Below are positions 28,837 through 39,424 of a DNA stretch of 64,000 nucleotides, in pieces; the stretch's first letter is position 1, and each line of letters opens with the position of its first letter. This stretch comes from Terriglobia bacterium (GTDB lineage: Bacteria > Acidobacteriota > Terriglobia > Acidiferrales > UBA7541): NCBI GenBank assembly GCA_963695545.1, contig OY968796.1, positions 2,304,001-2,368,000 of the forward strand, read 5' to 3'. The notes below the pieces were generated by a model. The model had not been told where the DNA came from. It made no database searches and worked only from the letters and a program-made list of their open reading frames with translations. The position numbers and the translations under genes are program-made.

Positions 28837-29859
28837 CTAGCGATGGCGAAACGCGATCAGCGCGTGCAGCTTCGCTCGTGCCGCGCCGGAATCGATCGAG
28901 CGCGCCGCTAGTCGCACGCCTTCGCGGAAATTCGCGGCGCGGTCGGCTGCCACCAGCGCCGCTGCCGCGTTCGCCAGCACGATGTCGCGCCGCGGCCCGC
29001 GATCGCTGTCGAGAATTGCGCGAATCATCGCGGCGCTGGTCTGCGCGTCTCCGGCGGCCATTGTCTCTCGCGGTGCGCGCGCCAAACCAAAATCCTCCGG
29101 CGAAACGCGATATTGTTTCACGGTCCCGTTTGACACTTCGGCCAATTCCGTTTCCGCGCTCAACGAGATTTCATCCAGGCCGTCGAGTCCGTACACCACG
29201 AACGCGTGCCGCGCGCCCAACTCCGCTAGCGCGCGCGCCATCGGCTCGACCACTTCCGCCGAAAACACTCCGATCACTTGCGCAGATGCGCCTGCCGGGT
29301 TCGTCAGCGGCCCCAAAAGATTAAACACTGTCCGCCCGCCCACTTGCCGTCGCGCCGGCATCGCATGTCGCACCGCGCGATGTGCCGCCGGCGCAAATAA
29401 AAATCCGATGCCGATCTGTGCGATCGCGCGACCAGCCTCTTCCGCCGGAATTTCCACCGCCACGCCCAGCGCTTCGAGCACATCCGCCGAGCCGCTCTTT
29501 GACGAGATCGAACGATTCCCGTGTTTTGCCACGCGCACGCCCGCGCCCGCCACTACAAACGCCGCCGCTGTCGAAACGTTGAACGTACCCGAACCGTCTC
29601 CTCCGGTTCCGCACGTGTCGAGCATTTCGTCGTTCGGACGCGTTCCCTCCGCAAAAACTGGTTCCGCTCGCCGCCGCATCGCGTGCGCAAATCCCACCAG
29701 CTCCTCGGAGCTTTCTCCCTTCGCACGCAGCGCCAGCAGCAGCCGCACGATCTGCGCATCCTCGAGCTGTCCCGAAAGCAACTGTTCCATTGCGGCGTCG
29801 GCTTCGGCGCGATCGAGATCTCGATCCGCTTCCACCTTGGCGATGATTTCGTCAATCAT
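28837..29859 (-). CDS. trpD: Anthranilate phosphoribosyltransferase
   Basis: DTCGTGGDG..TFNVST, AKHGNRS.SS..GSAD, RTVFNLLGPLTNP, GLDE. Confidence 0.96.
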   Translation of the reverse strand: MIDEIIAKVEADRDLDRAEADAAMEQLLSGQLEDAQIVRLLLALRAKGESSEELVGFAHAMRRRAEPVFAEGTRPNDEMLDTCGTGGDGSGTFNVSTAAAFVVAGAGVRVAKHGNRSISSKSGSADVLEALGVAVEIPAEEAGRAIAQIGIGFLFAPAAHRAVRHAMPARRQVGGRTVFNLLGPLTNPAGASAQVIGVFSAEVVEPMARALAELGARHAFVVYGLDGLDEISLSAETELAEVSNGTVKQYRVSPEDFGLARAPRETMAAGDAQTSAAMIRAILDSDRGPRRDIVLANAAAALVAADRAANFREGVRLAARSIDSGAARAKLHALIAFRHR

Positions 29860-30235
29860 GAAAATTCTTCCCAATCCATCTTTTCGAGAACTCGACAGCT
29901 TGCCATAGAAACGCCCTTGGCGATTGCGTTTCTAACGATCGGCCTCGCCAGGCTCGGCGCTCCTCAAAATGCCAGTCGGCGCAAGGCTCGAGCTGCCAAC
30001 CGCCCGCTAACACCTGCCTGAAGGACGAATCCGGTCGAACCAAAATGCGTACTACATAACATGCGTGTTAACAGTGTGTTACGGACGTGTCCGGGCTCCT
30101 GGCATTAGCCGCAGACGCGATTCGACCCGGCTTTTGACCCGTCCCTAGCCGCTGTCCGGCGATTCCCCTCGCTTGAGAGCCAGTCTCATCCCAGCATGAT
30201 TTCCGATTTGACCGGCTCGGAAATCCCATCCGTCT

Positions 30236-30251
30236 TGGCAAGCGGCTTGCT
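30236..30251 (+). promoter_or_regulatory. Putative sigma54 (-24/-12) site upstream of rpsL
   Basis: TGGCAAGCGGCTTGCT matches TGGCA-N6-TTGCW. Confidence 0.55.
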
Positions 30252-30261
30252 CTACTTTGGA

Positions 30262-30290
30262 TTGACAGATCGCGGCACTTCTTTTATTAT
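30262..30290 (+). promoter_or_regulatory. sigma70 promoter of the str/S10/spc/alpha superoperon
   Basis: TTGACA-17 bp-TATTAT. Confidence 0.8.
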
Positions 30291-30621
30291 ATTGAGGTCT
30301 TTTAGTCAGGGGAGCAAGAGGCCCTGTTGTTGTCGTCGGGCCAGTGGTTGAATAGGTGAAGGTCTTCCGCCCCGGAACATTGTAGGACGGATCGGGGTTG
30401 GGGGAGCGGCCGAAATGGGGCGCCAGCCCCGCAAAGCCGAGCAGCCCTCTCCGCTTTGACCAGTTGGTGCGAACGTTTCGACTGGGGTTGTGCGCGGAGT
30501 GCCGTCACGGTTCTCCAGACAGCGGTTGAATTTATTTTTGGGGCAGTTTGTGCCACGGCATCTCTAAGTGTGCCGTCGCGCAGTTGAACGAGATCGAATT
30601 TTGAGTTTCTGAGGGAGACTT

Positions 30622-31005
30622 GTGCCGACGTTTTCACAACTCGTTCGCCATGGACGCGAACTGATTCGCAACAAAACGAAGTCGCCGGCGCTCGAGAGCT
30701 GCCCGGAAAAGCGCGGTGTCTGCATTCGCGTCTACACGCAGACTCCGAAGAAGCCCAACTCGGCGCTGCGCAAAGTCGCCCGCGCGCGCCTCACCAACGC
30801 CATGGAAGTCACCACCTATATTCCCGGCGTCGGCCACAATTTGCAGGAGCACTCCATCGTACTCGTGCGCGGCGGCCGTGTGAAGGATTTGCCAGGCGTG
30901 CGCTATCACATCATTCGCGGAACGCTTGACGCTGCCGGCGTCGAGAACCGCAAGCAGGGGCGCTCGAAATATGGCGCCAAGCGGCCCAAAGCCGCGCAGA
31001 AATAG
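30622..31005 (+). CDS. rpsL: 30S ribosomal protein S12
   Basis: [27 protein letters not shown] start. Confidence 0.98.
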   Translation: MPTFSQLVRHGRELIRNKTKSPALESCPEKRGVCIRVYTQTPKKPNSALRKVARARLTNAMEVTTYIPGVGHNLQEHSIVLVRGGRVKDLPGVRYHIIRGTLDAAGVENRKQGRSKYGAKRPKAAQK

Positions 31006-31488
<483 letters not shown>

Positions 31489-31512
31489 GGATCAATCGAA
31501 AAGAATAACGCA

Positions 31513-33774
31513 ATGGCCGCAGACACACATCTCGAACGCACGCGCAACATCGGAATCATGGCGCATATCGACGCCGGTAAGACCACTTCGACTGAACGCA
31601 TCCTGTTTTACACCGGAGTGACTTACAAAATCGGCGAAGTCGACGAAGGCACCGCCACGATGGATTGGATGGAGCAGGAGCGCGAGCGTGGCATCACCAT
31701 CACGTCGGCCGCTACCAGCGCGTCCTGGAAGCGCGACGCCACCGACTACAAAATCAATATCATTGACACGCCGGGCCACGTCGATTTCACAGTCGAAGTC
31801 GAACGCTCTCTGCGCGTGCTGGATGGCGCCGTCGCCATTTTTGACGCCGTCGCTGGCGTGCAGCCGCAAACTGAAACGGTTTGGCGCCAGGCCGATAAAT
31901 ATCACGTTCCGCGCATCGCCTTCGTCAACAAGATGGATCGCACCGGCGCCGATTTCGATCATTGTATTAAGACCATGCGCCAGCGTTTGTCGGCCCGCCC
32001 GGTTCCCCTGCAATTCCCGCTCGGCAAAGAAGGTTTCTTCATCGGCGTCATCGACTTCATCGAAGAAAATGTAATCGTTTGGCTTGAAGAAACTCTGGGC
32101 GCGAAGTTCGAGATTTTTGAAGTCGCCAAGCTCTGGGACGCCGCGTTCGTCGCCAGCCGCCCGGACATCGCCGCAGCTCTAAAAATTTCCGCGATCGACG
32201 AGACTTTCTACCGCGAGCATCGCGAAAAAGTCATCGAGTACATCGCCGAGCACGACGACGCCGTGCTCCATAAATATCTCGAAGAGCACGCACTGACGCC
32301 GGCCGAACTGCGCGCCTCCGTGCGCCGCTCGACGATTGCCCTGAAGCTCGTGCCCGTTCTCGCAGGCTCAGCGTTCAAGAACAAAGGCATTCAGCCGCTG
32401 CTCGATGCCATCGTCGATTATCTGCCGTCGCCTCTCGATGTGCCGCCGGTTGACGGCGTCTCGCTCGACGGCGAAGAGCCTCTGGTTCGCCGCGCATCCG
32501 ACGATCAGCCATTCGCCGCGCTCGCGTTCAAGATTATGACCGACCCGTTCGTCGGCCACGTCACGTACATTCGCGTCTATTCCGGCGTTCTCAAATCCGG
32601 CAGCTACGCTTACAACTCCTCGAAGCGCACGCGCGAGCGCATCGGCCGCCTCTTGCGCATGCACGCCAATAAGCGTGAAGAAATCGAAGCCGTTCACGCC
32701 GGAGATATCGCCGCCGTTGTCGGCCTCAAAAGCGTAACCACCGGCGACACGCTGTGCGATGAAGATAAACCGATCATTCTTGAAGCCATCGAATTCCCCG
32801 CACCCGTGATCTCCGTCGCCATCGAGCCCAAGACCAAAGCCGATCAGGACAAAATGGGCACCGCGCTCAGCAAGCTCGCGCAGGAAGATCCCACTTTCCG
32901 CGTGCACACTGAACCGGACACCGGCCAAACCCTGATCTCCGGCATGGGCGAACTGCACCTTGAAATCATTGTCGATCGCATGATGCGCGAATTCGGTGTG
33001 CAGGCCACTGTCGGCCGTCCGCAGGTCGCGTATCGCGAAACGATTAAGCGCGAATCCGCCGCGGAAGGTAAATATATCCGTCAAACCGGCGGCCGCGGCC
33101 AATACGGCCATTGCAAGATCGAAGTGTATCCGCTGCCGAACGCCGGCCACGAGGACATGCACGAATTGTCCGTCGACGAACTCGACGCGCTCGCCAAGCA
33201 AGTCGCCGGTTCGGGCGGCAAATGGCGCTTCGACAAAGAGCATCGCTTCCTGTTCATCGACAAAATCGTCGGCGGCGCGATCCCCAAGGAATTTATCGCT
33301 CCCATCGAAGCCGGAATCCGCGAGGCTATGGATAACGGCGTGCTCGCTGGCTACGAAATGGTGGATATCGCCGTGAAGCTGGTCGACGGCAGCTATCACG
33401 ACGTAGACAGTTCGGAAATGGCCTTCAAAATCGCGGGTTCGATGGCCTTCAAGGAAGCCTGCCGCAAAGGCAAGCCGACTTTGCTCGAGCCCATCATGCG
33501 CATTGAAGTCGTCGTTCCTGAAGAATACATGGGCGAAGTCTACGGCGATCTGAATTCACGCCGCGGCCAGCCGCAGGGCACTGAAATCCGCGCGGGCAGC
33601 CAGATCATTCGCTGCGAGGTTCCTCTCGCCGAAATGTTCGGCTACGCCACCGATTTGCGCAGCCGCACGCAAGGACGCGGAAGTTTTTCGATGCATTTTT
33701 CGCATTATGCCGAGGCCCCGGCGAATGTCGCCGAAGAGGTTATCGGCAAGGCCACCGGCAAAGTGGTTCGCTAA
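31513..33774 (+). CDS. fusA: Elongation factor G (753 aa, two insertions)
   Basis: [32 protein letters not shown]. Confidence 0.98.
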   Translation: MAADTHLERTRNIGIMAHIDAGKTTSTERILFYTGVTYKIGEVDEGTATMDWMEQERERGITITSAATSASWKRDATDYKINIIDTPGHVDFTVEVERSLRVLDGAVAIFDAVAGVQPQTETVWRQADKYHVPRIAFVNKMDRTGADFDHCIKTMRQRLSARPVPLQFPLGKEGFFIGVIDFIEENVIVWLEETLGAKFEIFEVAKLWDAAFVASRPDIAAALKISAIDETFYREHREKVIEYIAEHDDAVLHKYLEEHALTPAELRASVRRSTIALKLVPVLAGSAFKNKGIQPLLDAIVDYLPSPLDVPPVDGVSLDGEEPLVRRASDDQPFAALAFKIMTDPFVGHVTYIRVYSGVLKSGSYAYNSSKRTRERIGRLLRMHANKREEIEAVHAGDIAAVVGLKSVTTGDTLCDEDKPIILEAIEFPAPVISVAIEPKTKADQDKMGTALSKLAQEDPTFRVHTEPDTGQTLISGMGELHLEIIVDRMMREFGVQATVGRPQVAYRETIKRESAAEGKYIRQTGGRGQYGHCKIEVYPLPNAGHEDMHELSVDELDALAKQVAGSGGKWRFDKEHRFLFIDKIVGGAIPKEFIAPIEAGIREAMDNGVLAGYEMVDIAVKLVDGSYHDVDSSEMAFKIAGSMAFKEACRKGKPTLLEPIMRIEVVVPEEYMGEVYGDLNSRRGQPQGTEIRAGSQIIRCEVPLAEMFGYATDLRSRTQGRGSFSMHFSHYAEAPANVAEEVIGKATGKVVR

Positions 33775-33817
33775 CGCACCAGCAGGTTGTTCGACATTCT
33801 GAGGAGCAGAGGAAACG

Positions 33818-35005
33818 ATGGCGAAGGAAAAGTTTGAGCGGAGCAAGCCGCACGTAAATATCGGGACGATCGGTCACATCGATCACGGCAAGACCACCTT
33901 GACCGCGGCGATCACCAAAGTGCTCTCGAAGCACGATCCGAAGGTGCAGTTTCGCGCCTTCGATTCGATCGACAACGCTCCGGAAGAGCGCGAGCGCGGA
34001 ATCACCATCGCCGTGGCGCACGTGGAGTACGAGACGGCCAATCGCCACTACGCGCACATCGATTGCCCGGGCCACGCGGATTACATCAAGAACATGATCA
34101 CCGGCGCGGCGCAGATGGATGGCGCGATTCTGGTGGTTGCGGCAACCGATGGACCGATGCCGCAGACGCGCGAGCACATTCTCCTCGCGCGGCAAGTGGG
34201 CGTGCCGGCCATCGTGGTGTTCTTGAATAAGTGTGACTCGGTGGAAGATCCGGAACTTTTGGAACTGGTTGAACTGGAAGTGCGCGAGTTGCTCAAGAGC
34301 TATCAATATCCGGGCGACACGATTCCGGTGATTCGCGGCTCGGCCTTGGGCGCGCTCAATGGAGAAGAGAAGTGGGAGAAGAGCGTGCTTGAATTAATGG
34401 CCGCGGTGGATAAGAGCATTCCGTTGCCGGTGCGCGATGTGGACAAGCCGTTCGCCATGCCCATCGAAGATATTTTCTCAATCTCGGGACGCGGCACGGT
34501 GGTCACCGGGCGCGTGGAGCGCGGCAAGGTGAAGGTCGGGGAAGAAATTGAGATCGTGGGATTCCGACCGACGATGAAGCGCATCGTGACGGGCATCGAG
34601 ATGTTCCGCAAGTTGCTGGATGAAGGCATGGCGGGCGACAACGTAGGCTTGCTGCTGCGCGGCACGGAAAAAGAAGAAGTGGAGCGCGGGCAAGTGATCT
34701 GCAAGCCGGGTTCGATCACGCCGCACACGAAGTTCAAGGCCGAGGCGTACGTGCTGACGAAGGAAGAAGGCGGCCGGCACACGCCGTTTTTCACGGGATA
34801 CCGTCCGCAATTTTATTTCCGGACCACGGACGTTACGGGTGACGTGAAGTTGCCGGGCGGCGTGGAGATGGTGATGCCGGGCGACAACGTGGCCATGGAA
34901 ATCGCGTTGATCACGCCGGTGGCGTTAGAGAAGGGCTTGCGCTTCGCGATCCGCGAAGGCGGCCACACCGTCGGCGCCGGCGCCGTAACCGAGATCATCG
35001 AGTAA
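33818..35005 (+). CDS. tuf: Elongation factor Tu
   Basis: [23 protein letters not shown]. Confidence 0.98.
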   Translation: MAKEKFERSKPHVNIGTIGHIDHGKTTLTAAITKVLSKHDPKVQFRAFDSIDNAPEERERGITIAVAHVEYETANRHYAHIDCPGHADYIKNMITGAAQMDGAILVVAATDGPMPQTREHILLARQVGVPAIVVFLNKCDSVEDPELLELVELEVRELLKSYQYPGDTIPVIRGSALGALNGEEKWEKSVLELMAAVDKSIPLPVRDVDKPFAMPIEDIFSISGRGTVVTGRVERGKVKVGEEIEIVGFRPTMKRIVTGIEMFRKLLDEGMAGDNVGLLLRGTEKEEVERGQVICKPGSITPHTKFKAEAYVLTKEEGGRHTPFFTGYRPQFYFRTTDVTGDVKLPGGVEMVMPGDNVAMEIALITPVALEKGLRFAIREGGHTVGAGAVTEIIE

Positions 35006-35008
35006 CCT

Positions 35009-35347
35009 ATGCGCTCCGGAGAAAAAATTCGCATTCGTCTGAAAGCGTACGACCACCGGGTTCTGGACCAATCCACGCGCGAGATCGTGGATACGGCGCG
35101 CCGCACCGGCGCCGAAGTTGCCGGTCCGATCCCTTTGCCGACCACCATCAACCGCTGGACCGTGCTGCGCTCTCCGCACGTGGACAAGAAATCGCGCGAG
35201 CAATTCGAGATGCGCACGCATAAACGGCTGATCGACATCCTGGAACCCACGCCGGACACGGTCGACGCGCTGATGAAGCTCGATTTGCCGCCCGGTGTGG
35301 ACGTTGAAATCAAGGCTTTCGGGCGCGAACACGCGGTGAAATCGTAA
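35009..35347 (+). CDS. rpsJ: 30S ribosomal protein S10
   Basis: [31 protein letters not shown]. Confidence 0.98.
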   Translation: MRSGEKIRIRLKAYDHRVLDQSTREIVDTARRTGAEVAGPIPLPTTINRWTVLRSPHVDKKSREQFEMRTHKRLIDILEPTPDTVDALMKLDLPPGVDVEIKAFGREHAVKS

Positions 35348-35386
35348 TCGCGTAGCGAAAATTTCAGAAGCGAGACAAAGGCAACC

Positions 35387-36070
35387 ATGGCAGTCAACGG
35401 AATTCTGGGAATCAAATTGGGGATGGCGCAGGTCTTCGGCGAAGACGGCGCGGCCATCGGCTGCACCGTTCTCCAAGCCGGGCCGTGCGTCGTCGTGCAG
35501 CGCCGCACCAAACTAAAAGACGGTTACGACGCCGCGCAATTGGGTTTGGTTGAATTCATTAAGCCGCAGCGCGTCAACAAAGCCATGACCGGCCATTTCA
35601 AAAAAGCCGATGTCGCGCCGCTCAAGCGATTGGGCGAAGTGCGCATCGACGATTCCGCCGACGAAACCAAAGCCGGCGATCGCGTTTTGGTCGATCGCTT
35701 TGCGCCTGGCGATCTGGTTGACGTCACGGGCGTCAGCAAGGGCAAGGGATTTGCCGGCGGCGTGAAGCGCTGGCACTTCCGCGGCGGCGACGCCACGCAC
35801 GGCTCGATGTTTCATCGCGCGCCGGGCGGAATTGGCGGCAGTTCGTTTCCGTCGCGCGTCTGGCCCGGCCAGCATTTTCCGGGGCACATGGGCCACGAGC
35901 AGGTCACCGCGCAAAATCTCAAAGTCGTCAAGGTTGACGCTGAAGAGAATTTGCTTCTCGTGCGCGGCTCGGTGCCAGGACCAAACGGCACTTGCATCAT
36001 GATTCGCAAAGCGAAAAAGTTCCGTAAGCCGGTAATGAAGATCGAACCGAAGGCCAAAGCGAAGAAGTAG
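35387..36070 (+). CDS. rplC: 50S ribosomal protein L3
   Basis: [22 protein letters not shown]. Confidence 0.97.
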   Translation: MAVNGILGIKLGMAQVFGEDGAAIGCTVLQAGPCVVVQRRTKLKDGYDAAQLGLVEFIKPQRVNKAMTGHFKKADVAPLKRLGEVRIDDSADETKAGDRVLVDRFAPGDLVDVTGVSKGKGFAGGVKRWHFRGGDATHGSMFHRAPGGIGGSSFPSRVWPGQHFPGHMGHEQVTAQNLKVVKVDAEENLLLVRGSVPGPNGTCIMIRKAKKFRKPVMKIEPKAKAKK

Positions 36071-36115
36071 CAAGCGAAACGAAACGCACAACGCATTACG
36101 AAGGGCGCGACGACA

Positions 36116-36964
36116 ATGCCGGTAGTGGACGTCAAAAATTTGCAGGGCAAGACGGTGGGCCAGTTCGAGCTGTCTGACGCCGTCTTTGGCGCGCGCATCA
36201 ATCAGAACCTGCTGCACGAAACTGTGCGTTGGTATCTCGCCTGGCAGCGCGCCGGCACGCACAAAGTCAAAGGGCGCGGTGAAGTTTCCGGCTCCGGCAA
36301 GAAACTGTGGCGGCAGAAAGGCACCGGCCGCGCGCGCGTCGGTTCGATTCGCAGTTCGATTTGGCGCAAGGGCGGCACGGTTCATGGGCCTGTCCCCCGC
36401 AGCTACGCGTATCGCTTGCCGAAAAAGATTCGTCTTGGCGCATTGCGCTCCGCGCTTTCGGCGAAATTGGCGGCCGAAAAACTAACAATCGTCGACGATT
36501 GGGCGCTTGAAACGCACAAGACCAAAGCGTTTCGCGAGGTCCTCGATCGATTGGACGGCGAAACGAAAACGATCTTGCTCGTGAATCTCGAAAGCAACAG
36601 CAATCTCGAGCGAGCCAGCCGGAATCTTGAGGGCGTGAAGCTGATTTCTCCGAAGGGCCTCGAAGTGTACGACTTGCTCCGCCACGATCGGCTGATGCTT
36701 TCAAAGCAGGCAGCCGAGCGCCTTGGCCAATCTCTCGGCGGCGGGCGTCCTGCCGATGCGGACGAAGTCGTGCAAATCGATTTGGCGCCGCAAGCGGCTC
36801 CGGCGAAGGCGAGCGAGCACGCCGCGACGGAAAAACCCAAGAAGGCGCACGCGGCAAAGGCGGCTTCAGTGCACAAGTCGGCTCATAAGGCCGCCGCAGG
36901 CAAGGCGCACGCGAAATCTGCGAAAGCGCCCAGCAAACCGCGCGGCAAAGGGAAAAAGGATTAG
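36116..36964 (+). CDS. rplD: 50S ribosomal protein L4 with Ala/Lys/His-rich C-terminal tail
   Basis: RAGTH..K.R.EVSG, QKGTGRARVG, GGTVHGP. Confidence 0.97.
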   Translation: MPVVDVKNLQGKTVGQFELSDAVFGARINQNLLHETVRWYLAWQRAGTHKVKGRGEVSGSGKKLWRQKGTGRARVGSIRSSIWRKGGTVHGPVPRSYAYRLPKKIRLGALRSALSAKLAAEKLTIVDDWALETHKTKAFREVLDRLDGETKTILLVNLESNSNLERASRNLEGVKLISPKGLEVYDLLRHDRLMLSKQAAERLGQSLGGGRPADADEVVQIDLAPQAAPAKASEHAATEKPKKAHAAKAASVHKSAHKAAAGKAHAKSAKAPSKPRGKGKKD

Positions 36965-36967
36965 CAC

Positions 36968-37264
36968 ATGGCGCTCACCATCTACCAAATCATTCGCCGG
37001 CCGATCATCACCGAAAAAGGTCTCGGCGTGAGAGAGACGCAGCACACCGCGGTGTTCGAGGTCGCGAAAGACGCCACCAAGACGCAGATCAAGGAAGCGG
37101 TGCAAAAAGTATTTCAAGTAAAAGTGGCCGAAGTGCGCACCGCGATTTTTCACGGCAAGTTCCGCCGCCGCGGGCGCTCCGGCGGGCACAGACGCGATTG
37201 GAAGAAGGCCTACGTCAAGTTGAAAGCCGGCGAAAAGATGATTGAGTACGGCGAGACTTCGTAG
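36968..37264 (+). CDS. rplW: 50S ribosomal protein L23
   Basis: PIITEK, ATKTQIK.AV, WKKAYV.L. Confidence 0.97.
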   Translation: MALTIYQIIRRPIITEKGLGVRETQHTAVFEVAKDATKTQIKEAVQKVFQVKVAEVRTAIFHGKFRRRGRSGGHRRDWKKAYVKLKAGEKMIEYGETS

Positions 37265-37285
37265 ACGCGTGAAAGGCGAACGATC

Positions 37286-38107
37286 ATGGCGATAAAAAGT
37301 TTCCGGCCCTACACGGCATCGCGCCGCTTCTTGACCATGCTCGATAAGAGCGAGATCACCAAGCAGACGCCGGAGAAATCGCTGCTCGACGTGAAGAATC
37401 GCACCGGCGGGCGCAACGCGCACGGCGAAATCACCATGTGGCATCGTGGTGGCGGACACAAGCAGCAGTATCGCAACATCGATTTTCGCCGCGACAAAAA
37501 GGGAATTCCCGCGCGCGTGGCTTCGATCGAATATGACCCGAACCGTTCGGCGCGCCTCGCCCTGCTGCACTACGCCGATGGCGAGAAGCGCTACATTTTG
37601 CATCCTGTGGGTCTTGAAGTCGGCATGACGGTTTCGACTGGCGAAGGCGCCGACATTCTGCCCGGCAACGCGATGCCGATTCGGTTCATTCCGCCCGGCA
37701 CGCAGGTTCACAATCTTGAGCTTTATCCCGGCAAGGGCGCGCAAGTCGTGCGCTCCGCCGGCGGCTCGGCGCAATTGCTCTCGAAAGAAGGCGACATCGC
37801 GCTTGTGAAGTTGCCGTCGGGTGAAATCAGAAAATTTCGCCTGGATTGCATGGCCACCATCGGCCAGGTCGGCAATCTCGATCATGAGAACGTCACTTAC
37901 GGTAAAGCCGGCCGCACGCGCTGGCATGGCGTCCGGCCAACCGTGCGCGGCGTGGCCATGAACCCGGTGGATCATCCGCACGGCGGCGGTGAAGGTCGCG
38001 TGAAAGGAAATCATCCGGTCACGCCGTGGGCGTTTCCGACCTTGGGCGCGAAGACGCGCCGCAGTAAGCGCGCCGATCGCGTGATTGTGCAGCGCCGCAA
38101 ACCATAG
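37286..38107 (+). CDS. rplB: 50S ribosomal protein L2
   Basis: [30 protein letters not shown]. Confidence 0.98.
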   Translation: MAIKSFRPYTASRRFLTMLDKSEITKQTPEKSLLDVKNRTGGRNAHGEITMWHRGGGHKQQYRNIDFRRDKKGIPARVASIEYDPNRSARLALLHYADGEKRYILHPVGLEVGMTVSTGEGADILPGNAMPIRFIPPGTQVHNLELYPGKGAQVVRSAGGSAQLLSKEGDIALVKLPSGEIRKFRLDCMATIGQVGNLDHENVTYGKAGRTRWHGVRPTVRGVAMNPVDHPHGGGEGRVKGNHPVTPWAFPTLGAKTRRSKRADRVIVQRRKP

Positions 38108-38176
38108 CGGCCTCAAAAAAATTTGAGGAATCACCCGGAAGGTTAGTTGACGAGCGAGGCGAAAAAGGAAGGCATT

Positions 38177-38485
38177 ATGAGCGCAAACAGAAACAGAACT
38201 CGGCGGGCAGTGGCACGGCACATCGCGCGCGGAGCCAAGCGCGCTCGCCCCGCGGCGAGCGCAAAGGCCGCGCCGAAGCATGTCGTTCCCGCGCCGCCGC
38301 AGGTGGTGCTCTACCGGCTGTGCAAGGCAGGTTGGGCCGTCACGGTGGAGCGCGCGCCAAGCGCGCAAGGCACGCGTTTTGTCTGCCCGTTTTGCCCGGT
38401 CTCGCATCGCGTGCCCGGACCCGTGCGCGGTTTTCGCAAGATGCGCCGCGCGCAGTGGGTGAAGTTGCGTCACGTCGAAAGTTAA
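38177..38485 (+). CDS. Hypothetical 102-aa basic protein with C-x20-CxxC-x3-H motif, inserted in the S10 operon
   Basis: AAGGAAGG RBS before ATG; host-like codon usage; fills the rplB-rpsS gap; no family recognised. Confidence 0.72.
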   Translation: MSANRNRTRRAVARHIARGAKRARPAASAKAAPKHVVPAPPQVVLYRLCKAGWAVTVERAPSAQGTRFVCPFCPVSHRVPGPVRGFRKMRRAQWVKLRHVES

Positions 38486-38500
38486 TTTTAAGGAACCAGG

Positions 38501-38866
38501 ATGCCACGCTCACTGAAAAAGGGCCCGTTCATCGACGACCATCTGCGCGTCAAGGTGGAAGCGTTGAACGTGCGCAACGAAAAGAAAGTGATCAAGACGT
38601 GGTCGCGCCGCTCGACGATTTTGCCCGAAATGATCGGCCACACCATCGCCGTGCATAACGGCAGAAAATTTATTCCGGTGTACGTCACCGAGCAAATGGT
38701 CGGCCACCGTCTCGGCGAATTTGCGCCGACGCGTACGTTCAAAGGCCACGCGGTAAAAGTCGCGCTTGAACGCGCCGCGTCGCTGGCAGGCGCGCCCGGC
38801 GGCGCTGCGCCCGGTGCGGCGCCGGCCGGTGGTGCATCCGCGCCTCCTTCGGCGCCCAAGGCATAG
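38501..38866 (+). CDS. rpsS: 30S ribosomal protein S19 with Ala/Pro/Gly tail
   Basis: [30 protein letters not shown]. Confidence 0.97.
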   Translation: MPRSLKKGPFIDDHLRVKVEALNVRNEKKVIKTWSRRSTILPEMIGHTIAVHNGRKFIPVYVTEQMVGHRLGEFAPTRTFKGHAVKVALERAASLAGAPGGAAPGAAPAGGASAPPSAPKA

Positions 38867-38869
38867 ACC

Positions 38870-39415
38870 ATGGCGATCGAAACATCTACGGTACACAGTT
38901 CGGCTGCGGCCACGGCCACAGCTCCGGTGATCGAAGCGCGGGCCATGGCCAAGCACGTGCGCATGTCTCCGCAGAAAGTGCGCTTGGTTATCGATTTGAT
39001 TCGCGGCGAACGCGCTGAAAGCGCCTTGCAGATTTTGAAGTTCACACAAAAGCGCGCCTCGCGCGATGTTGAAAAAGTGCTGCGCAGCGCGATTGCCAAT
39101 GCCGAGCGTAAGGCCGAAGACGCCGGCGCGACGCTTGACGTCGATCAATTATTCGTCTCGCAGTGTTTTGTGAATGAAGGTTCGCGCTGGAAGCGGCTGC
39201 GCCCCGCGCCGATGGGCCGCGCGTTCCGCTATCAGCGGCGCACAAGTCACATCGTCGTCGGCGTGGCCGAGCACCATCTGGCCGCGCGCGATCGCGCCGT
39301 CGAAGCTGCGGCCGAAGCGGAATCGCACAAGGGCGTGCGCGGCGCGGTTAAGAAAGCGCGTCAAGCGCTGGTGGGCAAGAAAAAACCCGCGCGTCCGTCG
39401 AAGAAAGTGAAGTAG
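38870..39415 (+). CDS. rplV: 50S ribosomal protein L22 with N- and C-terminal extensions
   Basis: VRMSPQKVRLV, SAIANAE, PAPMGRA...RTSHI. Confidence 0.96.
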   Translation: MAIETSTVHSSAAATATAPVIEARAMAKHVRMSPQKVRLVIDLIRGERAESALQILKFTQKRASRDVEKVLRSAIANAERKAEDAGATLDVDQLFVSQCFVNEGSRWKRLRPAPMGRAFRYQRRTSHIVVGVAEHHLAARDRAVEAAAEAESHKGVRGAVKKARQALVGKKKPARPSKKVK

Positions 39416-39424
39416 GAGGAAACT

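Noticed and set aside
30405..30445. c-di-GMP-I riboswitch resemblance (GAAA...CGCAAAGCC)
   Set aside because: Lacks the GGCAAAC/GGGACGCAAA core and the tetraloop/receptor arrangement
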